DNA from: Clostridia bacterium
GTDB taxonomy: Bacteria > Bacillota > Clostridia > Christensenellales > UBA1242
NCBI GenBank assembly: GCA_045648025.1
Contig: JAZRNH010000045.1
Span: 6,682-70,681 of the forward strand
DNA length: 64,000 nucleotides
Direction of reading: 5' to 3'
Shown here: in pieces, positions 40,001 to 46,700 of the stretch
How positions within the stretch are numbered: the stretch's first letter is position 1
Layout of the letters: each line of letters opens with the position of its first letter
Notes under the pieces: generated by a model
The model's database searches: none
The model's input: only the letters and a program-made list of their open reading frames with translations
Told to the model about the DNA's origin: nothing
Made by a program: the position numbers and the translations under genes

Positions 40001-40950
40001 ATATCAAAGGCAAGTCAGAAGAAGCTAAGAAGAACCTTCTTGAAAAATACTTTGCTGACAAGTTAGACAAAGCACTTAAGATGGTTCACAATGATTCAAA
40101 ATATAGAGCAGATAGTGCAAAACTTGAAAGACTCAATGGTAGAAGAGTTGAAAGATCTTCAATTGATCACACAGGAACATCTGCAGTTCTTGCAAATGCA
40201 ATGAAGACCGCAAACAGCTCAGTATATCAAACACTTACAAGAGATGTTAAATCTGCTAATGAAAAGGTAAATGCTGAAAAGTTTAACTTAGAGCAACTTA
40301 CCAACCAACTTAGAGCTATGCAATCAGCTCCAAGAACTCCTGCTAATATTGCTGAAATTGCAAATATTAACAGAGCAATTAAACAAGCACAAGTTAAACT
40401 TAACAACTTATCAAGAGTATTAGATTCTGCTAAGAAGAAAAAGAAAGACTTTGAAAATGCATTTGCTTCATCACAAATTAAAGAAGCTAAGGCATCTAAC
40501 CAAAATCTTGCTTATAACACTTCTAAAGCTAGTGTTGTTAAGAAATATGAATTCCCAACAACTTCAGGTGGTAAGATTTCAGAAGGAACAGTTGAAGCTA
40601 AACAAGTTGAAATGCTTGTTTCTAAGTTCATTATGTCTTATAGACAAACTGTTCAATCAATGACTAAGACAGAAATCATTAAACAAAATGATGAACTCAA
40701 AGAATATGTTGATAGCTTAGCTAAGAAGTTCTCAGACGACTTCGGTAAGAACATGAGAGATACTCAAAAAGTTCGTGAAGAACTCACAAGAAGAATTAAA
40801 CTTCTCAAAGAGTCTAATGCGAAGATGGATAGAGAACTTGCAGGTAAACTTGACGAATATCTTAAGAAGTTTGTTCAATCTGAAACCCAACTCAATTCTA
40901 AGCTTAGAGGCATGGGTATAAAGGTTAGCGGAATTAAACTTAAAAAATAA
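28045..40950 (+). CDS. giant (4301 aa) polytopic membrane protein, VirB6/TrbL-like by architecture. Has a ~950-aa inserted ectodomain and a ~3000-aa Ala/Glu/Lys/Gln-rich tail.
   Basis: Uninterrupted 12,906-nt ORF in AT-rich DNA with a GGGGGA RBS. N-terminal 3-helix module and a second TM module (aa ~1153-1300, ATIPLDEG) are shared with the 3901-aa and 1354-aa proteins. It is certainly a CDS. The family call is an inference. Confidence 0.6.
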   Translation: MSFTSITLLASKLIGAQTLEPGGLAFGSPILWLLTWVWEGICLGIYNLVRWLLAIVDFMQYFIQKLIGLDYWLNRTYYTLEGAIEADLIFGFLYSETVQKVFRAMVAVFFALLIIFTIYAIIRQEWRYIMGKDFGNGTGNSKTLIFRESIKAIAIVLIFPIVLMIGVISANAILASLIKALNIDTSSTLGGQLFQIASQNAVKYEKYANGGERTSVSDEVTFYIDDDTKKYITMSSGSADATLVDRATTYEAFLEKISNATKYTVNTMFEEVNPSKESSFNGYCARLVRDGEPYYVMVKCSDDDNGTNGRYAMGYYLKNVLQVKVVTSEDSAGFGGADDFSNKIGTDGFISNFNLKECYSDDIADACYHTWNYASIYERTFEFEDAEDYLVTKSGNSIKVTMDGSTVSKIGEGPTSSELISALGLGVTNAKVMYNSDQISPYFDGGQHGVVQMQAEYMVMSEVVNYMAESNLRLYMLDITSDLIDWGGHGSYYVDSRWIGSDDSGNVKYSTLVDGGSTKTTLPFVISYNDNCNETEMGNVLYFGDKIANGNEIKGANYIMCLKVEGMKDNAGNMLNAKFIPLVNNKTFTDPSTGSQYNFKSNYYASNYRGVVLAKGLLDSGATNAYRGEPTYLVSGAKTEKDKIAGKDIPYYFDMETIGGFNQFVEDSGTVVMNGNTVEGLEVPLRAANYSYSVSKVSGATDHTYQIKKHTAEEDGTTTTTDQSVTEDIIRNLQINMKLSTGVVSIGSYAGQSVSYGSKVFYLFTHLKGAQAFYFVVSADSSNGQLQLYSYTANSTEVVDAANPNLLYYEYVDGDVWSVSSSTISSTSRFYKIMYDYKSSVGTPIELLDKVVDAQATPNYFDYSKYSNGKAVYTTVDMQSINESGFSKTLYVNGTFNTTSATLMNLGFDGEGVPAVRYADPYVPDYPSSNVHDKFEYRTDHSDSIQKSKMVRFYLYDFYNASVGGTIKKYDIDNDSSPISGSEKPTDEEWYFDIKLDSNGFSFPARESYLHLYNGKKYVATIYKVASKNEGDAITDIGDLDDYTTYILYDNQNYYNIDTQNKFTNDTEMKESYEDIEASAVITCTRGNRSYNFMALDFAFGGIIPWKARMHVEMFFNTLKREWKGHEFLINEGIQFDYFFEGKASLVTFYIPSKISYWIIIIASALMIKVLGTAIWGVIKRIYEITLYFIAAPAVAATIPLDEGQKFKTNIQGELIRKVLGTYGVMLGVNVFFILLYPVKTLSQIFTAEDIAVSNSYFLKNFFSFFSLDFKAKLLNMYVYILFVLVAFTMISSLPKMISQMIGAEDVHAQGEATKSAAKKNVQGAMDMASGKTLADGAGKAMKGIKEGNFLPGGVLAKKAVDAGKGAAGWIADKAKGGVPSEAGDEDEEKKDDESSREDEDPAAAEVQNAIDSKVSAATGGQFATYADVMANGTEEQKAAAEAAKTEAEADIAANGTEEQKAALTKMQAAEAEAETEEGKEPVDAATQEAQNQFNGSMEEVAANLNGDQGSMQASTVRNMAASGNAAVGSVVANVLATKGGGAEAVKAGDKAGMSTAVNAALNGADGKGGMMTADMKKQAVLSTMSADEQTAFNNMSEKQQQAELAKYDVQASVGEDGQVGLSVQKQGEEAKAVGAQVTNGIMGQIMSNPSNVSNAEINNAVAAADSGAEGSPIAGEIANLSKQNIATAIDFNAGGSDAIGEQIKTSILDNPDDPQNGAVLDRAVMAFLQEKGNEKVLKNFQKITGLSDDDMKDEQKVLANISAARQNGSLENMGINKSAYEGQVMGALQTAVQKGEFKMSAWNMFTTTNEQGAQAYIENIAAQNLTRNADEAAFEQEASEKIVAEMQAKSVLEQFGVDTDGMNSEQLAQAQTELETKMFLEKAGVDVSKMDAAQMAQAKEDLEQQKMFEAASKATGKQITSMEEFEKLSGTEQAAAQEAASNQMADIQKEVDGEVGAVKAQATGEMLFSTFAKNSEGKGEVVGQIVDAYLGMDEEGKAEQILMDANISAADINKLKLEGYSVEDIARASAAAKLMGGDGGIDSTIAALVQAKEDPDGYNKSVLEAMQSNGDKEALNKAYQKLGDGSVVGEDEIKDLTAKAASDSSFMAATLAQTMTVDAAEATSIEAKKEAILYNRQGADLDKTLQGLGIDTKGMTEEQKLAEFNKLDDSDIESIFTSLDPDQMRNGLAHSAAFAKSLEGVSAYEAQQLLQGKTKEEVFNGLREDTKHKKIIDEAMAAEDVSTEALMEEAGADTEARKVMAEAYNQRMRVVTEGDKTKARKDAEDELLLEEVEKMGFTREKNGTFKKVGEDGKVKTYKNINEVYASITDQKEVEKQTAAYLSDEITRNKKLRAARDAFLKENKGKNQDDFVQALISNDPEAAKHVAKAAGIARDQFTGVDSLNNIQAAKALGIDKIDLGAKRQEIARNLAMEDAKKNDATFESRIEEQTTRNIDNTNRRKLAQGYGEETMAIAAALQKDDPDIMNDAMALYQQKYKGQNFSDADEFTKAAFLAENFGDRLSQTERDKIHEQTVTSHNAVKGDYEAAIYTRLTENPERFREVFNELDSFDGNDDSDAVKERLKRNAIEKEYQKYGGKLDIAADPEKMSAGEKKRYDFNKGILQQEMRDNPEVVANLFRNSNIMGQDSMILEIAKSQGLNVSLENGEFSLDGAAISTADLKAKLDTEHINNFVNKNEATKDKLLSIGAQDMTKALDKETLEIKKTEAVLGSAFLRGQVADKVLKEQGIVDKTGALDEGKVRDLIKQMLTADGRGDKANDEFINAHFNELKTELSLHEITGDGTTVGKKDSTAFTAAMQTMQTDSNLFKSSLNRELTRVIDPSNYDPNTSAQSFFEQRSLSEFKTKDNQEIRNLHDAIDAYNTEGFVGFDGFGKAMRESVAKSDVTSTLKTLVLGNRADGQREGIVGAAEAAAKSWVGAAKRMVTFKAARSVVSTIKDYKQYKTHGDNMGFASYLKQKAGIDEFERDEKGKIKLDKRTGQAIRKKTYVTNADGSYKLDKNGNKIEMGGFRRFTKTSLHIANKFAENTGVGYFIKQQGKAKVLKYKALLQTADKVATGGIVGDLIAKKKAGEKIDWKSVGKRYAKHAGKAALVATAIAGPGLGLTAVGFTAYHAGKTFLNKTHSGKKFKDGTKKFLKSGYDIMFKAGMAYEDFKAGRIGIKDVKRGVRRFFTADKKVGEGGGAQIVKRVKQISKVGLAATAGILTVASGGTLIPALLAVGGAAATMKGGSAFLNKTAIGKHIRKATSLKSIKEHYTGGFTAKDGGKYKRHLATQITKTVVKTGLAATAGILTVASGGTLIPALLAAGGAAGTMFAGKSALNHTKIGKRFKKFEAEAIADPKKKWSSMKKSFVNYYTGGLQKGQKGYTSNIVKGITKSVAKTGLTATAGILTIASGGTFIPTMLATGGAMASIKAGKTFLNRTQMGRKFKKFGNLAFSDPKAAAAKAGRGFINFYTGGKKKGEKGFATNIVKGVGRTTLAATAGVLSLVSGGGFQAIALAAGGAIGASGKKGQSKVVSGYNAVVFKMTQKLPKMCSQYDNWNRVINNKITQVKNNKSMTRSERLKEIEKLESQKIFVEKPQNYYNMTIEQKNQFDLAQDKLKREAFTDVNLAKFVKNLDRVQRVKQPGDIDIPDILTHLSTPTKDRKQKHLEALHHARATMDRFHATAAMRNAERDYGEDFEKFAQTMLTKRQFFRMMYFYHIKSKKEYDALNDRQKAEERKNRENAIKAQLAQTERRLARKVARDNNVRPESYMRSRGLVGDIYRYSDGSKKFRDASAYKGSGLSDTAARIAQQTQRQSSVVAIQNQALNIDKMMQEFIKFNAEYKGTSADFAAAFKKEFEKYGPYAKKIYEKYAKSFRGLDVSLEKRPIAVQQRKIMEDLAQELSKCKQRATSNGMIPASKELNDLFVAKTFTNATTHAELKLHQQNAEELSRLLKLIKEQRKSISYDSLIKRIASTHLSDFEMSHPHIKGKSEEAKKNLLEKYFADKLDKALKMVHNDSKYRADSAKLERLNGRRVERSSIDHTGTSAVLANAMKTANSSVYQTLTRDVKSANEKVNAEKFNLEQLTNQLRAMQSAPRTPANIAEIANINRAIKQAQVKLNNLSRVLDSAKKKKKDFENAFASSQIKEAKASNQNLAYNTSKASVVKKYEFPTTSGGKISEGTVEAKQVEMLVSKFIMSYRQTVQSMTKTEIIKQNDELKEYVDSLAKKFSDDFGKNMRDTQKVREELTRRIKLLKESNAKMDRELAGKLDEYLKKFVQSETQLNSKLRGMGIKVSGIKLKK
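37366..38630 (+). repeat. five in-frame tandem repeats (87-105 aa) inside the 4301-aa gene, each encoding a Gly/Ala-rich hydrophobic segment plus a basic linker
   Basis: Units start at about 37366, 37681, 37942, 38239 and 38524 (periods 315/261/297/285 nt). Core is GLAATAGILTVASGGTLIPALLA[VA]GGAA...GK[ST][AF]LN[KHR]T.[IM]G[KR].F[KR]K. Copies 2 and 3 are nearly identical at the DNA level over ~80 nt. Confidence 0.85.
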
Positions 40951-40985
40951 GTCAAACACCTAATTTTACTTAATTAATCAATAAA

Positions 40986-41013
40986 ACTTTTGCCACTTTT
41001 TTGTGGCAAAAGT
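40986..41013 (+). terminator. hairpin (partial terminator/attenuator) between the 4301-aa gene and virB4
   Basis: Perfect 11-bp stem ACTTTTGCCAC/GTGGCAAAAGT with a T6 loop. Only a weak T-tract follows. A promoter-like TTGCTA-17-TATACT follows at 41024-41052. Confidence 0.45.
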
Positions 41014-41075
41014 GGTTATTGATTTGCTAGAAATTTTTGTATGTTATATACTATAAATGAGGAGAAATTAAGACT

Positions 41076-43763
41076 ATGTCTAGAATGATTCCAAAATCAA
41101 CGAAAGTTAAAGTTCAATTCTTTAAAGGGTTTAACTTTTCGGATATTTTTGTAGTTTTATTTGCATTAATTATAGTGGCTCTTGCGATGACCACTTCTTT
41201 TGGCATTATTGCAAAATTAGTTATTTCAGGTATTACAGTATTCATTACTGCGGCTATGTTTATGAGCTTTGAACCAGGTGTTAGGTTATATAAACAAGTT
41301 GGTGACTTATTCAAATTTTTGTTTGGTATTAACACATACAAAAAAATGAAAGGCAACTCAAAAAGCAATGTTAAACAACTTTTGCCTTATGTTGGTATTT
41401 TAGAGCAAGAATACGATGAAAAACATCAAATCGGTATCATCGACTATAAAGAATATTTTGGTGCTGCTATCGAGGTTAACTCTATTCAATTCCATATGCT
41501 TTCTGAACAAAGACAAAATGCATATATTGAAACCCTTGAAAGTGCATTCAAAACAATTTCTGCAGAAGACCTTGGTGCGATTTATAAACTTCAAAGACCT
41601 ATGGTTTTTGATAATTACATCGACAACGAATGTAAAAAGAGAGAAGAAATTCTTGACTCAGTTCGTAACGGTTCAACAAATATTAACGAGGCTAGACCTA
41701 GACTTGAAATTGCCGAAGCTAGAATTAAGAACCTTGAAAACATGAATGTTGATAGTGAATTTCCTGTTTTTAAGGATCATATGTATATTGCTTTCTTCTG
41801 TACAAACATTAGAAACTTAATTCAAGTTGTAAACTTCGTAGCAAGTTCAATTGAAAGTGGTTCTGGTGGTTCAATTGAACCAAAGATTCTTGATAGAAAA
41901 CAAACTGCTATTTTCTTAAAGAGTTATTACACCACAAACTTTGACGAAAGAGAAATCAAAAACATCGATCCAAAAGATTTGATGGATTGGATTGCACCTG
42001 AAAAAGTTACATTTGGTATTAAAAGCTGTACCATTGACGGTAATGCTTATGCCTTATATGAACTTTCAGACTATCCACTTGCAGTTCCTAATGCATGGGG
42101 AAGAGCATTCTTCTCAGTGCCTGGTGCAAGAATATGTGTAAAATTTAAACCTGTTGAACAAGGTGAATCTGAAAAGCGACTTGATAGAGCCATTATGGAT
42201 ATCAGAATGCAAGCATCAGAAGGTAGTACAAAAGCCTCTGCGGTTATGGAAACACAAACTCACCTTGACACACTTACTGAACTTATGCAATACATTAAAC
42301 AAGGTTCAGAAATGCTCTTTGATACAAACATCTATATGATGATTGAAGCAGAGCAAAAGAAATCATTTAAAACACAAGTTATGAGAGCTGGTTTTAGAGT
42401 TTATGACCTTTTTGCAAAACAAAAAGAAGCATTTACAAACTGTAACATTTCTCGAAGAATGACAATCACAAGATTCGAAAGAGGTATCAACTCATCATCA
42501 CTTGCTGCTATATTCCCATTTGTTTCGGATGCTATTCAAGACCCTAAAGGTTTCTATGTTGGTATGAACAGTGAACCTGTATTCTTGGACTTCTTCCAAA
42601 GAGACAAAGAAAGAATTAACTCAAACATGGTTATCATGGGAAAATCTGGTTGCGGAAAGTCATTCTGTACCAAGTCAATCCTTGCTAACCTTGCTGCTGA
42701 TAACAGTAAAATCTTTATTCTTGACCCTGAAAAAGAATATGATATTATTGCTAGAAACATGTATGGAAAAGTTATCGATGTAGGTTCTGCTAGAGAGGGT
42801 AGAATCAATCCGCTTCAACCTAATGCTTCACAAGACGATGAAGATAGCGGCGGCGGAAATGTAGCTCTTGCCATGCACATGCAGTTCCTTGAAACCTTCT
42901 TTGGTATGATTCTTGATGGTATTACCATGGACGGTATGGAACTTTTGAACGAAGCTTTAAAAGAGCTTTATGCTAAATTTGGTATTAACAACTCAACCCA
43001 AATTGAAAAAGTTAAACCAGAACAATTCCCAATCATGCAAGACTTATATAACTATATTTGTGAAAAGCATGATAATGCTACTGACGACTATAACAGAAAC
43101 AACTATAAGATTTTAAAAATCTACTTAAACAAGTTTGCTGAAGGTGGTAGAAATGCTCAGCTCTGGAACGGCCCTTCAACAATTTCTTCAAAAGAAAACT
43201 TTATTGTATTTAACTTCCAATCACTTCTTGCTAACAATGCGGGTGCGGTTGCAAATGCACAGATGCTTCTTATCATGAGATGGCTCAATAACGAAGTTAT
43301 TAACAACAAAGACTATAATGCAAAGTTCCACACAAACAGAAAAATCATCGTCGTTATCGACGAAGCCCATGTATTTATCGATCCAAAACAAACTGTTGCT
43401 CTTGACTTCATGCAACAAATGGCTAAACGTATTCGTAAGTATGCGGGTTCACAAATTGTTATTACACAAAACATTAAAGACTTTACTGGTTCGCCTGAAA
43501 TCGCTAGAAAATCAACTGCGATTATCAATGCTTGTCAGTATTCACTCATTTTCGCACTTGCTCCTCAAGATATGAATGACCTTGTTATTCTTTATGAAAA
43601 AGCAGGTAAGATTAATGAAAAAGAACAAGATACAATTACAACCAACCCTAGAGGAAGAGCATTCTTGATGACTTCAACATATTCAAGAACCAATGTAGAT
43701 ATCCTCGTTAACGACAGGGTTCGTAACTTGTTCGAAAAACTTAGAGATGACATAAAAGTATAA
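41076..43763 (+). CDS. virB4: VirB4-family T4SS ATPase with N-terminal two-TM (VirB3-like) segment
   Basis: Walker A MGKSGCGKSF (42639-42662), FILDPEKEY, Walker B IVVIDEAHVF (43347-43370) and ITQNIKDF. N-terminal hydrophobic hairpin at aa ~20-66. GAGGAG RBS. Confidence 0.85.
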   Translation: MSRMIPKSTKVKVQFFKGFNFSDIFVVLFALIIVALAMTTSFGIIAKLVISGITVFITAAMFMSFEPGVRLYKQVGDLFKFLFGINTYKKMKGNSKSNVKQLLPYVGILEQEYDEKHQIGIIDYKEYFGAAIEVNSIQFHMLSEQRQNAYIETLESAFKTISAEDLGAIYKLQRPMVFDNYIDNECKKREEILDSVRNGSTNINEARPRLEIAEARIKNLENMNVDSEFPVFKDHMYIAFFCTNIRNLIQVVNFVASSIESGSGGSIEPKILDRKQTAIFLKSYYTTNFDEREIKNIDPKDLMDWIAPEKVTFGIKSCTIDGNAYALYELSDYPLAVPNAWGRAFFSVPGARICVKFKPVEQGESEKRLDRAIMDIRMQASEGSTKASAVMETQTHLDTLTELMQYIKQGSEMLFDTNIYMMIEAEQKKSFKTQVMRAGFRVYDLFAKQKEAFTNCNISRRMTITRFERGINSSSLAAIFPFVSDAIQDPKGFYVGMNSEPVFLDFFQRDKERINSNMVIMGKSGCGKSFCTKSILANLAADNSKIFILDPEKEYDIIARNMYGKVIDVGSAREGRINPLQPNASQDDEDSGGGNVALAMHMQFLETFFGMILDGITMDGMELLNEALKELYAKFGINNSTQIEKVKPEQFPIMQDLYNYICEKHDNATDDYNRNNYKILKIYLNKFAEGGRNAQLWNGPSTISSKENFIVFNFQSLLANNAGAVANAQMLLIMRWLNNEVINNKDYNAKFHTNRKIIVVIDEAHVFIDPKQTVALDFMQQMAKRIRKYAGSQIVITQNIKDFTGSPEIARKSTAIINACQYSLIFALAPQDMNDLVILYEKAGKINEKEQDTITTNPRGRAFLMTSTYSRTNVDILVNDRVRNLFEKLRDDIKV

Positions 43764-43788
43764 AAACAATAGGAGAAAGACTAGAGTT

Positions 43789-46700
43789 ATGGTTAGACTA
43801 TTTACATTTTTAATAAGTATATTTGAGTTTGAGCAGGGCTCTAGTTTTTTATCCATACCTTTATGGATAAAATTTATTGGAAGAGGTATTGCAAACTTAT
43901 TCAGCCAAATTATGAACTTCATTCTCAAAATGGCTTGGGTAATCATCAAGTTTATGCTTGGTGTTATGGAAGCCTTTGAATATATGATTAATTCATTTAT
44001 TGGCATTGATACTTCTGTTCAAGATATGTATGATTTTGTATATAATTCTGAAAACGGAATCAAACTTCTTGATGTACTTTCAACCTCACTTAAAGCTATG
44101 ATGGCTTTGAGTATCGTATTTTTAGTTATTTTCACAATTTTTGCTATGATTAAGCAAGAATATAACAATGCATTTAGCGGTGGCAAAAAAGGTAATGATA
44201 AAAAACCAATCATTACTGGTATGTTTAAGAAAATGTTGTATATTGTTTTACTTCCAATTACAATGATGTTCATCATTACTGGTGTTAACTCAATTTTAAC
44301 CTCATTTTCAAGAGCTATGACTGGCGGTGAAGATGTAACAATTGCAGCACAAGTGCTGTCAACATCAACATACGATTCAAACAAGTATCGTTATTATGCA
44401 CAAGAAAATAAGAGAATTCCAATTATCATTAAGGCATATGATCCAAATCAATATGCTCCAGATGAAAACGAACTTCTTGCAGAAAAGATTAAATCGGTTG
44501 CAGTTCAAGATGTTTTAAAAACAACCGTTTCTAGTATGTCAAGTAAGAACTTACTTACATTTAACGAAAGTGTACAATACAAAAACAACAAATTATCAAA
44601 TAGTGTTGAATATGGTCAAGGTGAATGGTATGAAACATTTATTTGTACTGCTGAGCAGTATCAAATTATGGCAGACTTCATCGATTATGCTCAAAAACAT
44701 AATTTAAAATACTATATTAAACCTACTGATTCAGAAGATATCGATTGGAGATATGTTGATTCAGCAGTCTTCAATGCCAGTGATATATCATTAAAAATCA
44801 ATTATCGTGATGCTAATGATATGAACGGCGATGGCAAAAAAACAGACTCTTATACAGTTGAATTTTCAACAAGTTTTGAAGTTACTTCACCAATCTCAAA
44901 TGCTATGGAAACAATCTTAGCACTTCTTGGTGTTGATAGCAAAAATGAAAAGTATTCTGAAAATATTTTCAAAACAATGGAAAGAGATGAAAACTATGTC
45001 AATGTTGTAAACTGGGCAAATGAAAAAGTTTTGATAAAACTTTCAAATGACTTTGACTTAGATGACCCTTCAAATTGGACAAGAATGGACCAACTCATAA
45101 TTTATGAGTATTACCATTTTTCTTCAAATAACACCTTCGGAAAGTATTCAATTGCTGACCTTGTTAAAGGTGTTGAACTTGAAGCAAGTCTTCTTGTATA
45201 TCGTGAATATTATCCAGTTGGAAATGCTTACTCAGAAGAGAGAACTATTCCTTGTGTAAAGATCAATGGTTCATATTATAGAATTTGGCAAGATCCAGAA
45301 GATCAAAAGACTGATAAATATGGCAATATTTATTATGAACTTGAAGATTCTTTAACAGAAGAAGACACACTCAATTTCTTAAATAATGATTATTCATTAA
45401 TTCAAGAAGTGGGAACTGAAACCGGAAAACTTAAACTTAGTGGTAACTTTGAAGCAAATGACCCAACCACTTGGGAATATTATGATCAAATTATTGTTTA
45501 TGAATTCTATAAAGATTTAACATCAAACAATAAACTTTATAGCTATAACTTCAATCAATTTAAAGAGGGTATTGAAGTTCCTGTTTATCAAATTACAAAG
45601 AGAAAATTCTCTGATAAAACAGTTGCTGATAGAGTTGATGATGAAACCGGTTATTATCTCGAAATCAATGGCATCTATTATGAGGCTACCAAAAAAACTA
45701 CTGGTAGTTCAAGTGATCCAGATTATGGAAAATGGTTCCTTAGTGATGCTACAATTGATTATTTAATAGAAGCAAATCCATTTAGTGATACATATTATTA
45801 TAACTATGAAATCAACCTTGATGGTGTGACTGATGGTGAAGGTGAATTTAATGATATTTATGGTGATAAATATGGTATTAGCACCAGCTTAGAATCAACC
45901 AAAAAAGCAACAAACTTTATTGTTGACAGAGATACAACAACAAGATATGTTGACTTCACACCACTTGATGAAAGTGATACTAATTTCTTAAAATACAGCA
46001 ACTTCTCATTAATGCTTTCTAAAAACTTTGACCATAACGAAGTTGATACTTGGACTTTTAAAGATTATTTCATTTTCTATTTATATATTAACTATAACCA
46101 AATTGCTGGAAGACTCGGACTAGAATCCCTTAAACTCACCGGTGTTAGTGGTGAAATCGGAACAATTGAACTTGAAGGAACATCTGCTACTAAGTATGTT
46201 TATAAAGTTAAATATGGTTCACACATCTTAACAACCGCAGATATTTATTGTGAACATTGTGGAAGATTCTACACAGAAGCTCAACTTGTTGATAGTAAAT
46301 GTCCTACCTGTGACATTAGAATTGATGACCAAGCAGGAAGAACTCTTGATTTATGTTTATATCTTGATATTGATGGTATTAGAAAGATTTCTAATATGCT
46401 CATTAACAATACACTTGATAGCACATATATCAAACAACACAACTATACAGATAAGGGTATTGGAAACACACTCTTTATTGATGTTGATTCAAATGATTTG
46501 GTTGTTGCAGACACAGAAGTTAGAGAGTTTAAACTCAGTGAAGGATTCAGCCAATTATATCCAAACAACTGGACCGTTTTAGATTATATTTTATATTCAT
46601 TTAGCAACGAAGGTGTTATTAATCAAATTCCAAAAGATGAGGCTGGAATTGAAAGTTATAAATACTCAGCTGTTGTTTATAAAATATTTGATGGCGAAGT

